A stretch of 64,000 nucleotides of DNA. It comes from an uncultured Bacteroidota bacterium. Its GTDB lineage: Bacteria; Bacteroidota; Bacteroidia; Chitinophagales; Chitinophagaceae. The translations under genes and the position numbers were made by a program. Positions 1 through 10,363 of the stretch are shown piece after piece. The notes under the pieces were generated by a model, which searched no databases, was not told where the DNA came from, and worked only from the letters and a program-made list of their open reading frames with translations. Each line of letters starts with the position of its first letter. Positions within the stretch are counted from its first letter, which is position 1. The stretch covers positions 5,430 to 69,429 of the forward strand of contig CAIVKC010000059.1 of NCBI GenBank assembly GCA_903906365.1, given 5' to 3'.

Positions 1-454
1 CCTCTTTGGCCTCTCGGGCGGTGAGCAGGAAATGGTCTACCGGGCAGCCCGGTACGCGGCCGTGGACAGGGAAATTGAGCAGTTTGAACAAAAATATGAC
101 ACCATGATCGGGGAGCGCGGTGTGACCCTGAGCGGCGGACAGAAGCAGCGGATTTCCATTGCCCGGGCCCTGGTGAAGGACCCCGAAATCGTGGTATTTG
201 ATGACTGCCTGAGCGCAGTGGATACCAAAACGGAAAAGGAGATCCTTTCCAACCTCCAGGAGTATCTGCAAAACAAGACGGCCATTATCATTACCCATCG
301 CATCTTTTCGCTTTTTGATTTTGACAATATCGTTGTACTGGAGGAAGGCAGGATCGTGGAAACCGGAACCCACGCAGAACTCCTGGCCCTCAACGGCTAC
401 TATACCTACCTGTTCCAGCAGCAGCAGCAGGAAAAGGAAGACTCCGGCATATAA
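1..454 (+). CDS. ABC transporter ATP-binding domain, C-terminal part (MsbA/ABCB-type exporter; 5' end lies outside the window)
   Basis: Reading frame is open to the window edge. Translation carries the ABC signature LSGGQKQRISIARAL, Walker B IVVFDD and H-loop IIITHR. Confidence 0.9.
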   Translation, partial: LFGLSGGEQEMVYRAARYAAVDREIEQFEQKYDTMIGERGVTLSGGQKQRISIARALVKDPEIVVFDDCLSAVDTKTEKEILSNLQEYLQNKTAIIITHRIFSLFDFDNIVVLEEGRIVETGTHAELLALNGYYTYLFQQQQQEKEDSGI

Positions 455-511
455 TCAAGGAGGGCGCGTGTTTTTGGCGTTGCTTTGGGCGGGATAAATA
501 TCCCGGCAAAT

Positions 512-541
512 TTTGTCAGTTCAAAAACAATCCTATATTTG
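512..541 (+). promoter_or_regulatory. Candidate Bacteroidota-type promoter (TTTG upstream element plus TAnnTTTG -7 box) for the PUR-like gene
   Basis: TATATTTG at 534-541 matches the TAnnTTTG consensus. TTTG at 512-515 lies 18 nt upstream. The site is about 45 nt upstream of the ORF start. Confidence 0.35.
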
Positions 542-587
542 TGTTAGTTAAAATGGTATTTGATTCACTGTATAAATATTAATTATT

Positions 588-1055
588 GTGGCGTACGAAA
601 ATAATGACAAAAGGATGGAAAGCGTTTACAGCAAACGCATCAGAGCAGGGAAACGGAGAACTTATTTTTTTGATGTGAGAGCGACACGCAGCAATGATTA
701 TTATCTCACCATCACCGAAAGCCGGAAAAAATTCAATGAAGACGGTTACGACAGGCATAAGATTTTCCTGTACAAGGAAGATTTCAATAAATTCCTCAAG
801 GCCCTCACCGAAGCGGTGGATTATGTTAAGACGGACCTGATGCCTGATTTTGATTTTGATGCATTCAACCACGACAATCCCGATGGAGAAGGGTACGCAC
901 CCGCTGAGCATAGCCACAGCGCAGCGGCGGGTTCCGATGCAGAAGAAATACCCGAAACGCCCGTGGCAGAGGTAAAAGCGGTTTCCGAACCGGCCCCTGT
1001 CATTGAAATCCCCCCTGCCTCCAACCTGGCAGGAGAGGAAGTTGACAAATGGTAG
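588..1055 (+). CDS. PUR-alpha-like DNA/RNA-binding protein (DUF3276 family) with an acidic, proline-rich C-terminal tail
   Basis: Translation contains RAGKRRTYFFDVRATRSNDYYLTITESRK and KIFLYKEDFNKF, typical of Bacteroidota DUF3276/PUR repeats. The ORF starts at GTG 588. An in-frame ATG at 615 is an alternative start. Confidence 0.75.
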   Translation: MAYENNDKRMESVYSKRIRAGKRRTYFFDVRATRSNDYYLTITESRKKFNEDGYDRHKIFLYKEDFNKFLKALTEAVDYVKTDLMPDFDFDAFNHDNPDGEGYAPAEHSHSAAAGSDAEEIPETPVAEVKAVSEPAPVIEIPPASNLAGEEVDKW

Positions 1056-1076
1056 TAAAATCCTATTTTATATAGC

Positions 1077-1107
1077 AATCCCTGCGAAAACGCAGGGATT
1101 TTTTTTT
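1077..1107 (+). terminator. Rho-independent terminator
   Basis: Perfect 10-bp stem (AATCCCTGCG / CGCAGGGATT), AAAA loop, then a run of 7 T. Confidence 0.8.
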
Positions 1108-1194
1108 ATATTTATGAAGCATTCACCGGCTTTCCCAGTCAGCCAGGCTAACTTATAAGACCACTGACAGCTTGCTAATCTGAAAACCACCTGT

Positions 1195-4100
1195 ATGAAA
1201 AAGGCCGATTACATCTTCTGGGGACTTTTTATTTTTTTACTTTTCCTGGTAGCCCTGCCCAAAGGCGGACGCATTTCTTTTCCCGGCCCCGGCCGGGATC
1301 AGTCCGACCAGGAACCCAGCCCCGAGGCGGAGGTCCGCGACAGGATCCAGCAGGAGATCCTGATGACCAAGGATCCCCGGCTGGGGTATGTGCCGGTGGA
1401 AAGGCTGGAATTTGCCCGCCAGCAGCTCATCCGTTTTGGCAGCCGAAAAAGCCAGGGTACCACCTCCCTGGGCAGCCCGGCTCCGGGTAACCCTGGGTTC
1501 ACCAACCTGGGCGGTTCCGGCCTGAGCTGGGCCGAACGGGGGCCTTCCAATATTGGCGGCAGGTGCAGGGCCGTACTGGTTGATAAAAATGACGCAACCG
1601 GCAATACGGTTTTTGTGGGATCAGTCAGCGGCGGACTCTGGAAAACCACTTCGTTCTCCTCGCCCTCTCCCGGATGGACCCAGATCAGCAGCATCTCACC
1701 AAACCTGGCCATCACGACCCTGGCGCAGGATCCCACCAACCCTGCCATCCTGTATGCAGGCACCGGGGAAGGCTATTTCAACATCGATGCCCTGCGGGGA
1801 CTGGGTATCTATAAGAGCGCCGATGGCGGCGCCACCTGGAGCCTGCTTAGCGCAACGACCACGGGCGGGGCCAACCAGTATGATTTCAACTATGTCCAAA
1901 AAGTGACCGTGTACTCCAACGGCGATGTATATGCTTCGGGAATCAGTGCCTTCTATTGTAATGCGGGGGGTATTCTCCGCTCCACCGACGGCGGTGCCAC
2001 CTGGTCCCGGGTGATTGGCCTGTATTCCGGCGGGGGCAGTTGCTCCAATGCCGTGGATTTCTATGGGTATGATATTGAATTTTCCCTCAACGGGGATATG
2101 TATGCTTCTGTCATCGATTACTCCACCGGCACACCGGCGGGTAAAATCTATAAATCCCCGGCGGGCGCCCTTGCCGGCAACGCGGGTACCTGGACCAATG
2201 TGACCCCCGCTGCGGGAACGGGTAAATACTGGCAGCGCATTGAACTGGCGCTTTCTGCCACCAACAACAACCTGCTCTACGCGATCTTTCAGGGTACAGG
2301 AAACGCCATCGGCGCTATGGAGCGTTCCTCTGACGGGGGCAGCACCTGGACCAATATCAGCTATTCGGGCAGCTGGTGTGACGGGGGCCTTCCCAAAGGC
2401 ACTGATTTTTCGCGGGGACAGGCCTGGTATGACCTGACCCTGGCTGTCAACCCCGCCAATGATGCGACCCTGTATGCGGGTGGCGTCGATATCATGACCA
2501 GCGCGGACAGCGGGAAGACCTGGACCCAACTCACCCAGTGGGCCGCCCCTGCCTGTGGCAGCCAGTCCTATGTGCATGCGGATATACATAATATAACTTT
2601 CCTGCCGGGTTCTTCGACCAACTTTATTGTAGGCTGCGATGGCGGTGTATTCTATACCACCGACCAGGGAAGCTCCTTTGCCACCAAAGACAACGGGCTC
2701 AACGTGACCCAATATTATGCCACTGCCATCCATCCTGGATCAGGGTCGGATTATATGCTGGCCGGAGCCCAGGACAACGGCACGCATATCTTCAGCACGG
2801 CCGGGATCAACCAGGTCAATTACGCCACCGGAGGCGACGGCGCTTTTTGTTTCATAGACCAGAACAATGCCTCCTACCAGCTGACCAGTACTACCAATGC
2901 CCAGTATTACCGGTCCACTGACGGCGGGGCCAGTTTCAGCAACTGGTACAGTTCAACCAACGGACGATTCATTAACCCGGCTGATTACGACAATACCACC
3001 CAATATCTTTACTGCGGTTATACCAATGGGGTCCTGCGAAGAATAGGAACCATTGTTTCGGGCGCTCCTTCCCGCACCTCTATTACAGTGACGGCCAATG
3101 CCAACCTCCAGGTTTCGGCCGTCAGGGTCGATCCCAATACCACCGACAGCGTCTGGGTGGCCCTGTCCACGGCTGACAATGCCTCCTCCAGCCAGGTACC
3201 TCAGCTCTATGTAATCGGCGCGGCCTCCACCGGCAGCCGTACCCTCACCCAGATCAGCAGCCTCGGACTGTCGGCGGGTGCTTATATCTCCAGCATCGAT
3301 GTGGAAAGGGGCAATTCCAGCCACCTGCTGGTGACTGTTTCCAATTACGGGGTTGCCAGCGTGTGGGAATCCCGCGACAAGGGTACGACCTGGACTTCCC
3401 TGGACAATAACGGCGTCAACCTGCCCGATGTACCCGTACGCTGGGGGCTGATCATTCCCGCCAACGCCAATGTGGGGACGGGCCCCAACGGGGGCATTAT
3501 GCTTGCCACCGATCTGGGCGTCTGGTCTGCTACCTCTTCAGCGGGCACCGCCACCCTGTGGACACAAAACGCCTCGGGCATGGGCAATGTGAGCACCTAT
3601 ATGCTGGGTCTGCGCAGCGCGGACCACCTGGTGGCGGCAGCTACCCACGGGCGCGGGTTATTCACCACTACGCTGCTGAGCTCCCCGCTGGCAGTAAGTT
3701 TCGTGGCCTTCACCGGGAAGGCCCAGCAAACCAGGAACCATCTAGACTGGGAGGTCCAGAATGAAGTATATAGCAGGGGATTTGAAATAGAGCGATCCTA
3801 TAGCGGAACAGACGACTTCCGCCCCATTGGGTTTGTCCCTTCCCTGTCCGCGGAAGGACCGGCACATACCTATTCTTTTGAGGATCAGCTGGTGGACCTG
3901 GGCAGGCCCACTGCAGTATACCGGTTAAAACAGGTGGACCTGGACGGAAATGCCCGTTACTCGGCTATGCTGGCACTGAAACGAAGCATATCCACCGCCA
4001 TGGCAGAGTATGTCTGGGTCAGCGGAAACAACCTGTTTATTAGACTAAACCGGGAGACCCCGGGGGATTATATACAGGCGCAGATCCTGGATATGTCCGG

Positions 4101-4236
4101 CAGGATGGTGATGCAGCGCAGCATTGCGGATCAAAGCCAGACCATCGATATCAGCATGCTGTCCAGGGGGACCTATGTCATCCGGCTGGTCAGCAGCTCG
4201 GGAGACCAGTATGCCCGCCAGTTCATCAAGAAATGA
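1195..4236 (+). CDS. Secreted BNR/Asp-box repeat beta-propeller protein (sortilin/GH74-like) with a T9SS C-terminal sorting domain
   Basis: N-terminal hydrophobic signal. Multiple S-x-D-x-G-x-T-W boxes (SADGGATWS, STDGGATWS, SSDGGSTWT, SADSGKTWT, SRDKGTTWT). The C-terminal ~80 aa end GTYVIRLVSSSGDQYARQFIKK, typical of a type-A T9SS CTD. Confidence 0.85.
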   Translation: MKKADYIFWGLFIFLLFLVALPKGGRISFPGPGRDQSDQEPSPEAEVRDRIQQEILMTKDPRLGYVPVERLEFARQQLIRFGSRKSQGTTSLGSPAPGNPGFTNLGGSGLSWAERGPSNIGGRCRAVLVDKNDATGNTVFVGSVSGGLWKTTSFSSPSPGWTQISSISPNLAITTLAQDPTNPAILYAGTGEGYFNIDALRGLGIYKSADGGATWSLLSATTTGGANQYDFNYVQKVTVYSNGDVYASGISAFYCNAGGILRSTDGGATWSRVIGLYSGGGSCSNAVDFYGYDIEFSLNGDMYASVIDYSTGTPAGKIYKSPAGALAGNAGTWTNVTPAAGTGKYWQRIELALSATNNNLLYAIFQGTGNAIGAMERSSDGGSTWTNISYSGSWCDGGLPKGTDFSRGQAWYDLTLAVNPANDATLYAGGVDIMTSADSGKTWTQLTQWAAPACGSQSYVHADIHNITFLPGSSTNFIVGCDGGVFYTTDQGSSFATKDNGLNVTQYYATAIHPGSGSDYMLAGAQDNGTHIFSTAGINQVNYATGGDGAFCFIDQNNASYQLTSTTNAQYYRSTDGGASFSNWYSSTNGRFINPADYDNTTQYLYCGYTNGVLRRIGTIVSGAPSRTSITVTANANLQVSAVRVDPNTTDSVWVALSTADNASSSQVPQLYVIGAASTGSRTLTQISSLGLSAGAYISSIDVERGNSSHLLVTVSNYGVASVWESRDKGTTWTSLDNNGVNLPDVPVRWGLIIPANANVGTGPNGGIMLATDLGVWSATSSAGTATLWTQNASGMGNVSTYMLGLRSADHLVAAATHGRGLFTTTLLSSPLAVSFVAFTGKAQQTRNHLDWEVQNEVYSRGFEIERSYSGTDDFRPIGFVPSLSAEGPAHTYSFEDQLVDLGRPTAVYRLKQVDLDGNARYSAMLALKRSISTAMAEYVWVSGNNLFIRLNRETPGDYIQAQILDMSGRMVMQRSIADQSQTIDISMLSRGTYVIRLVSSSGDQYARQFIKK

Positions 4237-4262
4237 CAAAGGAGCCCGAAGGCCCCTTTGTC
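4235..4262. terminator. Hairpin between convergent genes (possible bidirectional terminator)
   Basis: GACAAAGGAGCC-CGAA-GGCCCCTTTGTC forms a 12-bp stem with one mismatch. There is no strong U-tract on either side. Confidence 0.45.
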
Positions 4263-4285
4263 ATCAGAACATGGTATTCCAAATA

Positions 4286-7200
4286 TCATTCGGCCCCTTC
4301 CCCATAGGGCTCCTTAGACTTCAGGGCGGCCAGTTGCTTTTTACCGTATGCCAGGTTGGTGATCACCACGAACAGCACCGGTACGATGAAAATGGCCAGG
4401 CCGGTCGCTGCCAGCATACCACCCAGCACGGTGGTTCCGATCGTGTTGCGTGCCACCGAAGAGGCGCCCGTTGCCAGCACCAGCGGCAGTACACCGAGTA
4501 TGAAGGCAATGGATGTCATCAGTATCGGGCGCAGACGCAGCTTGACGGCCTCCAGCGTGGCGGGGATCACCCCGATGCCACGGTCGACTCTTTCCTTGGC
4601 AAATTCAACAATCAGGATGGCATTCTTGGCTGAGAGTCCTATAAGGGTAATCAGCCCGATCTGCGCATATACGTTATTGGTAAGACGCGGAAGAATGGTC
4701 AGGGCCACAATGGCCCCCAGCACCCCGATGGGGACTGCCAGCAGTACCGAAAAGGGCACCGACCAGCTCTCATAGAGGGCCGCCAGGAATAAGAATACAA
4801 ATACGATGGACAAGGCAAATATGTAAACGGCGCTGGAGCCTGATTTGATTTCCTGCAGGCTCAGGCCGGAGAATTCATACCCATAGCCCTCCGGCAGGAC
4901 TTCAGCCGCCACCCGTTGCAGGGCTTCGATGGCCTGGCCGCTGCTGTATCCCTGTCGGGCACTTCCGTCTACTTCGGCCGAACGGTAGATATTGAAATGG
5001 GGGATCAGGGGAGCGCTTTCTGTGGTCTTGTAGCTTACCACGGTGGAGAGGGGTATCATCTGTCCGGCCATATTCTTTACATAATATTGACCGATACTTT
5101 TAATATCACTGCGGAAAGCCGAATCTGCCTGGGCCACGACGTAGAAATTCCTGCCATAAATGGTCAGCTGGTTGATATAGGTGCTGCCCATGTACATCTG
5201 CATGCTGTTGTATACGTCCGAGAGGTTTATTCCCAGTTTCTTGCATTTGTCGCGGTCCACATCCACCTGGTAGCCGGGCGTGTGGGCAGAAAAGAAGGTG
5301 AAGGCGCCGGCGATCTCCTTTTGCCGGTTACAGGCAGCCACAAAATTATTTACCACTCTTTCAAAGGTCTTCGGATCATCGTTGGTTTGCCGCTGTTCGA
5401 TCTGTATGCTGAATCCGCCGGCATTGCCTAATCCTGGGATGGCAGGCGGCGGTATGACCACGATTTTGGCTTCCCTGATGGCAGAGAACCGCTTGTTGAG
5501 TTCTGCCACCACCCCCATGAGCTGTTCACTCTTTTCTTTGCGGTCATCCCATGGCTTCAACTGGGTGAATATGGTACCGCTGTTTGACTTGGAACCCCCG
5601 GAAATAAAATTCAGGCCGCCCAGGGCTGCCACATGGTATACACCCGGCACACTCTGGGTAATTTTCATCATGGTGTCCAGTACGGTCAGCGCCCGGTTGG
5701 TGGAGGCGGCTTCCGGCAGTTCAAAGGTGATATAGAGGCGGCCTTCATCTTCGGTGGGAATGAAACCGGTGGGTTTGCTCTTGAACAGCAGCACATCCCC
5801 TGCGATGATACAGGCCAGCAGTACCAGAACGAGCGGGGTTTTTTTGATCCATCCTTTGACCCCCAGGGTATAGCTGAGGCTGAAGCGCCTGAATCCTTCA
5901 TTGAAGCGGTAAAAAAACCAGTTGAGCCCGCGGGAGTTCTTATCCAGGTGCTGCGGCCTGAGCAGCAGCGTACAGAGGGCAGGCGTCAGCGACAGGGCCA
6001 CAAAGGCTGATATCAGCACCGAAATGGCAATGGTGATCGCAAACTGCTGGTAAAGCCGGCCTACGATACCCGGGATAAAGCCAACCGGCACGAATACGGC
6101 GGCCAGGATCAGGGCTATGGCAATAACCGGCCCGGTGATATCTTTCAAGGCCCTGGCAGTGGCTTCCCTGGCCGGGAGCCCTTCTTCATCAATATAATGC
6201 TGCACGGCCTCCACCACGACGATGGCATCATCCACGACGATGCCAATGGCCAGTACAAAACCAAACATGGTCAGGGTATTGATGGTGAATCCCAGGGGAA
6301 TGAAAAAGATAAAAGTGCCGACGATGGCAACCGGAATGGCCAGCACGGGGATTAGGGTTGAGCGCCAGTTCTGCAAAAACAGGAAGACCACCAGGGTCAC
6401 CAGCAGCAGGGCAATGAGCAGGGTGTTGACCACATCGGCAATGGAGACCTTTACCACCGTCACCGACTCGAAAGGCACCACGTAATCAATATCGGCCGGA
6501 AAATATTTTTTCATGTTGGCCATGGCCTTGTAGACCCCATCGGCGGTGGTGATGGCATTGCTGCCCGGCGCCTGGTAAACCAGCAGGTAGGCCGACCTTT
6601 TGCCGTCGACAAAGGAATTGGCCGTATAACTTACTTTTCCCAGCTGGATCCTGGCCACATCCTTGAGGTAAACGATGGAATTCTGCTGGGGGTTGGAACG
6701 GATCACGATATTGCCGAAATCCTTTTCACTGGTAAGGCGGCTGTTGGTAAAAACGGTAAATTCAAAGGCCGAGGAGGAACTCTGCGGCGGGGAGGCCACC
6801 GAACCGGCAGCCACCTGAAGATTCTGTTCGTTGATGGCATTTTGCACATCATTGGCAGTCAGCCCGAGCTGGGCCAGTTTGTCGGTCTGCAGCCAGACAC
6901 GCATACTGAAATTGTCTGCGCGGCTGAATACATCCCCTACGCCGGGCACCCGGAGCAACTGGTCCCTGACATATATATTGGCGTAGTTATCAATAAAAGG
7001 GATGGAATGGGAGCCTTTGGGTGAATAAATGGCTACCAGCATGAGGATACTGGGGTTACGCTTGAGGGTGGTGATCCCCAGGCGCTGCACCTGGCTGGGC
7101 AGGGCAGGGGTAGCAATGCCGACCCTGTTTTGGATGTCCAGGGCAACCACATTGGGATCCGCCCCGATATCCAGGGTGGCCGTGATGGTGGACTGGCCGT

Positions 7201-7459
7201 TGTTGGCGCTGTTGCTTTGCATGTAGGTCATGCCGGGTACACCGTTGACCTGGGTTTCAATGGCGGTGGTGGTGGTCTGTTCCACCGTCTGGGCATCGGC
7301 ACCGGTAAAATTACTGGTGATCTGCACGGTGGGCGGGGTAATGTTGGGGTACTGGCTGACCGGCATATTCAGTATGGCCAGTGTTCCCACCATGACGATG
7401 ACCAGGGAAATTACAATGGCAGTTACCGGCCTTCTTAAAAATATATTTGTCGACTCCAT
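4286..7459 (-). CDS. RND efflux transporter permease (AcrB/HAE1-like)
   Basis: 1057 aa, 12-TM architecture with two large periplasmic loops. The N-terminus FLRRPVTAIVISLVIVMVG is typical, and AcrB-family conserved blocks run throughout. Confidence 0.95.
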   Translation of the reverse strand: MESTNIFLRRPVTAIVISLVIVMVGTLAILNMPVSQYPNITPPTVQITSNFTGADAQTVEQTTTTAIETQVNGVPGMTYMQSNSANNGQSTITATLDIGADPNVVALDIQNRVGIATPALPSQVQRLGITTLKRNPSILMLVAIYSPKGSHSIPFIDNYANIYVRDQLLRVPGVGDVFSRADNFSMRVWLQTDKLAQLGLTANDVQNAINEQNLQVAAGSVASPPQSSSSAFEFTVFTNSRLTSEKDFGNIVIRSNPQQNSIVYLKDVARIQLGKVSYTANSFVDGKRSAYLLVYQAPGSNAITTADGVYKAMANMKKYFPADIDYVVPFESVTVVKVSIADVVNTLLIALLLVTLVVFLFLQNWRSTLIPVLAIPVAIVGTFIFFIPLGFTINTLTMFGFVLAIGIVVDDAIVVVEAVQHYIDEEGLPAREATARALKDITGPVIAIALILAAVFVPVGFIPGIVGRLYQQFAITIAISVLISAFVALSLTPALCTLLLRPQHLDKNSRGLNWFFYRFNEGFRRFSLSYTLGVKGWIKKTPLVLVLLACIIAGDVLLFKSKPTGFIPTEDEGRLYITFELPEAASTNRALTVLDTMMKITQSVPGVYHVAALGGLNFISGGSKSNSGTIFTQLKPWDDRKEKSEQLMGVVAELNKRFSAIREAKIVVIPPPAIPGLGNAGGFSIQIEQRQTNDDPKTFERVVNNFVAACNRQKEIAGAFTFFSAHTPGYQVDVDRDKCKKLGINLSDVYNSMQMYMGSTYINQLTIYGRNFYVVAQADSAFRSDIKSIGQYYVKNMAGQMIPLSTVVSYKTTESAPLIPHFNIYRSAEVDGSARQGYSSGQAIEALQRVAAEVLPEGYGYEFSGLSLQEIKSGSSAVYIFALSIVFVFLFLAALYESWSVPFSVLLAVPIGVLGAIVALTILPRLTNNVYAQIGLITLIGLSAKNAILIVEFAKERVDRGIGVIPATLEAVKLRLRPILMTSIAFILGVLPLVLATGASSVARNTIGTTVLGGMLAATGLAIFIVPVLFVVITNLAYGKKQLAALKSKEPYGEGAE

Positions 7460-7539
7460 AATGTTATCAGGTTGATTTGATGATTTCCATGCAGCCGCTT
7501 GTTCAGGCGGACCCTTCCTAGTTTCAAACCGTGACCACT

Positions 7540-8682
7540 CTATTTGGCCGGTGGCTTGGGCGGACCTACCTGCACCAGTGCACTGTCCCTGAGTTTTTGA
7601 ACTCCTTCCACCACGATCTGTTCACCGGGCTTAAGGCCCGTTTTAACCACTATGCGGTCATTTATTTTGGTACCCAGGCTGATCTTATGCTGGGTGGCCC
7701 GCTTGTTTTCACCCACTACGTATACGTAATATTCGCCCAGCTGCTCAACCACCGCCTTATAGGGGATCAGCAGACTGGCCTCGCCGGAATTATGCCGCAT
7801 GCGGATATTGGTGGTAACCCCCGGTCGCAATAGTTTCTTTGGATTGGGAAATACCAGTCGCGCTTTGATGGTACCGGTCTGCGGATCGGCGGCGCGGTCC
7901 AGCAGAGACAGGTGGCCGGGATAGGGGTAGATGGAACCGTCGGTCATCACCAGGCTGAAGGTGGAATCCTTCAGCGCCGGTTTTGGCTGCAAATAGGCCG
8001 TAAACAGGGGGATATCAGCCTGATCGATGGAAATGTCCACAGCCATGGGGTCGTCCGAAGAAATGGTATTGAGCAGGGTTTGGGGGTATACGGCGGTCCC
8101 GATTTTGACCTGGGAGATGCCGATGGTACCCTCAAAGGGGGCGGTGATGACTGAATATTTCAGGTTGGTCTGCACACTGGATACATTGGCCGCGGCTGCT
8201 TCCACCTGACGCCTGGCACTCTCCAGGTCGGCCAGCTGGTGCTCCAGGGTCTGGCGGGCAATGGCGTCCTGCTTGGCCAGCTCCTGATAACGGTCCGCAT
8301 CCTGCTGTGCCTTGGCCAGGTTGGCTTTGGCTACGTTTAAATTGGCCTCGGCCTGCTCATAGGCGCCCCGGTACTGCTGCTGGTCTATCTGGTAAAGCTT
8401 CTGGCCCCGGCTGACATGCTGGCCGTCGGCAAAGAAAATGCCAATGATATTGCCTGATACCTGCGGCCTGATATCCACCTGGTTTAAGGGGGTTACCGTA
8501 GCAGGATAGCTGTCAAAATAAGTAGCATTGCCGGTTGCCGCAGTATAAAGGGAAACGGGTACGGGCGGCGGTGCGGCCGGCATGGCGGGCGGTTTGTCCC
8601 CGCAGGAACTGGCCATGAGCAGCGCAAATAGGACACCGGTCTGGGCAATAATACGATTCATATGATTTGCTGTTTTTTCCAT
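7540..8682 (-). CDS. RND efflux periplasmic adaptor (membrane fusion protein) lipoprotein
   Basis: Lipobox LLMASSCG. Coiled-coil hairpin region (AEANLNVAKANLAKAQQDADRYQEL) flanked by barrel-sandwich segments. The gene sits between the TolC and RND genes. Confidence 0.9.
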   Translation of the reverse strand: MEKTANHMNRIIAQTGVLFALLMASSCGDKPPAMPAAPPPVPVSLYTAATGNATYFDSYPATVTPLNQVDIRPQVSGNIIGIFFADGQHVSRGQKLYQIDQQQYRGAYEQAEANLNVAKANLAKAQQDADRYQELAKQDAIARQTLEHQLADLESARRQVEAAAANVSSVQTNLKYSVITAPFEGTIGISQVKIGTAVYPQTLLNTISSDDPMAVDISIDQADIPLFTAYLQPKPALKDSTFSLVMTDGSIYPYPGHLSLLDRAADPQTGTIKARLVFPNPKKLLRPGVTTNIRMRHNSGEASLLIPYKAVVEQLGEYYVYVVGENKRATQHKISLGTKINDRIVVKTGLKPGEQIVVEGVQKLRDSALVQVGPPKPPAK

Positions 8683-8688
8683 GTTGGT

Positions 8689-10020
8689 TTAGTATTGAAT
8701 GGTTCCTAAGGCTTTTTGCAGATCCAGTTTACTGCTTAATACCTGGTAGAGTGCGTTGGCATAATTGGACTGTGCGCTGCGCAGGCTGGTCTCGGCGGTG
8801 ATGACATCCAGGTAGGCCTTTATGCCGGAGCGGTATTGCAATTGAATGGTATTGTACACCTCAGTGGCCAGTGCCAGGTTCTCCCGGAGGGTGTAGTAAT
8901 CATAGAGATAACTCTTATAGGAAGCAAGGGCCTGGGCATACTGGCTGCTGATGATATTTTTAAGCGATTCCATATCCCAGTCCAGTCTTTTTACCTGGAG
9001 TTCGGCCACCCGGATATTCTGCACCCGTTTATTTCCCTGGAAAATGGGAAAGGAAAGCTGCAGGCCGCCAAAGGAATTGGGGAAGTTCTGATTGTAGAGC
9101 CTAGAAAACCGGTCGTTGATAAAATTAAAGTTGTAACCGGCAAAGGCCGAAACGCTCGGATAGAAACTCCACCGGTTGTACAGCAGGTTATACTGCTGCA
9201 GCTTTTTTTCGGTGACCAGGAGCTGGTACTCAATCCGGTTTTCATAGCGCACTTCCTGGGAGGTATCTGCGATGGCTTCCTTTTCCATGGAGGTACTGTC
9301 ATAGACCAGATCGAGGTTCCCCGGACTGCTATATCCCATCTGCTGCTTAAGGAAAACCAGTTTGCTCTTGAGCAGTTCCTCATAGGACTTTTTTTCGGCC
9401 CGGGCATTGTTGAGGGAAATGGTGGCCTGTTTGTAGTCTATCTTATCTACGATGCCTCCCTGGTACTGGTTATAGGCATCCTTCAGGCTGCGGGAGAGCC
9501 TGGTGATATCTTCATCGAGCAGATCAATTTGTTTTCGGGTAAGCAGCACATCGTAGAAGGCCTTGCTGACAGCCACGACCACTTCTATTTTGTCGGAGAG
9601 GGTGACCTGTTTGATTTGTTTGCGCACATCCCCGGCCGAGCGCATGGCAAGCAGTACATCCCGGTTGAAAATATTCTGGCTGCCGGCCAGACCCGCCGAA
9701 GAGGAATTATAGGTACCCGTCTTTACCACGTTGCCGTTGAAGGAGGCCGAGGGCAACTGAAAGTTATTCTGGTAATTGGCGCCCAGGCTGATCTGCGGAT
9801 ACCAGTCTGCCAGTTTGCTTTTGATCTGGTGCTCGGTGATGGCTTCATCCAGATAGGCCTGCTGGACCAGGGGAAAATGCTTGAGGGCATAGGCTACGCA
9901 ATGGGCCAGGGTGGGCTCCCCCAGCAGGCTGTCGGTCTGGGTCTGGGCCTGGGCTGATGAATTCCCGCAAAGGCCTTGCAGCAGCAGACTGGCAACGATG
10001 GTATACAAGAATCTGTTCAT
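8689..10020 (-). CDS. TolC-family outer membrane efflux protein
   Basis: Signal peptide, a two-fold internal repeat architecture, and the position as first gene of a TolC-MFP-RND operon. Confidence 0.9.
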   Translation of the reverse strand: MNRFLYTIVASLLLQGLCGNSSAQAQTQTDSLLGEPTLAHCVAYALKHFPLVQQAYLDEAITEHQIKSKLADWYPQISLGANYQNNFQLPSASFNGNVVKTGTYNSSSAGLAGSQNIFNRDVLLAMRSAGDVRKQIKQVTLSDKIEVVVAVSKAFYDVLLTRKQIDLLDEDITRLSRSLKDAYNQYQGGIVDKIDYKQATISLNNARAEKKSYEELLKSKLVFLKQQMGYSSPGNLDLVYDSTSMEKEAIADTSQEVRYENRIEYQLLVTEKKLQQYNLLYNRWSFYPSVSAFAGYNFNFINDRFSRLYNQNFPNSFGGLQLSFPIFQGNKRVQNIRVAELQVKRLDWDMESLKNIISSQYAQALASYKSYLYDYYTLRENLALATEVYNTIQLQYRSGIKAYLDVITAETSLRSAQSNYANALYQVLSSKLDLQKALGTIQY

Positions 10021-10310
10021 AATAATGAGACTAAAATAATTTCAAGGTGCCGGACCTTGCGCCATAAAAAACGCAAAACTAACCGGCAGGAAAAAAGGTG
10101 CTTTAGGGAATTCGGTGAACCCGGTTTAAACCAAGGGCATTTTTATATGTACGGTAAAAATAAACGGCTTTTTGAATGGCAGCGCAATCAGAAATTCAGT
10201 GTGCAAATATAGGGTTCTTGTATTATTCGTGTCTTAAAAAAGACGCTCCCAAGGCAGTGAGGCAGGGCTGAGCCTAGCATTTTTTTTAAATATGAACCAT
10301 CCCGAAACGA

Positions 10311-10345
10311 TAAAAGGCAGGCACCCCGCAGGGTACCCGCCTTTT
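10311..10345 (-). terminator. Rho-independent terminator for the repeat-protein gene
   Basis: On the minus strand, GGCGGGTACCC-TGC-GGGGTGCCTGCC pairs with two G-U wobbles and is followed by TTTTA. It lies 19 nt downstream of the stop codon. Confidence 0.55.
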
Positions 10346-10363
10346 ATGAACAAACCGCATTCC

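Noticed and set aside
1696-2733. 345-aa antisense ORF within the BNR-repeat gene
   Set aside because: A shadow ORF of a confidently called gene. The same reasoning applies to 8836-9957 (antisense to TolC), 51171-52295 (antisense to SusC), 54707-55924 (antisense to GH89), 15506-16423 (antisense to the clpB 3' end and the DsbA-like gene) and 58644-59279.
9976-10212. 78-aa plus-strand ORF in the 345-bp region upstream of the TolC-MFP-RND operon
   Set aside because: It starts inside the TolC gene on the opposite strand. Its sequence is highly basic and low-complexity with no motif. The region is more plausibly the promoter or leader of the efflux operon.
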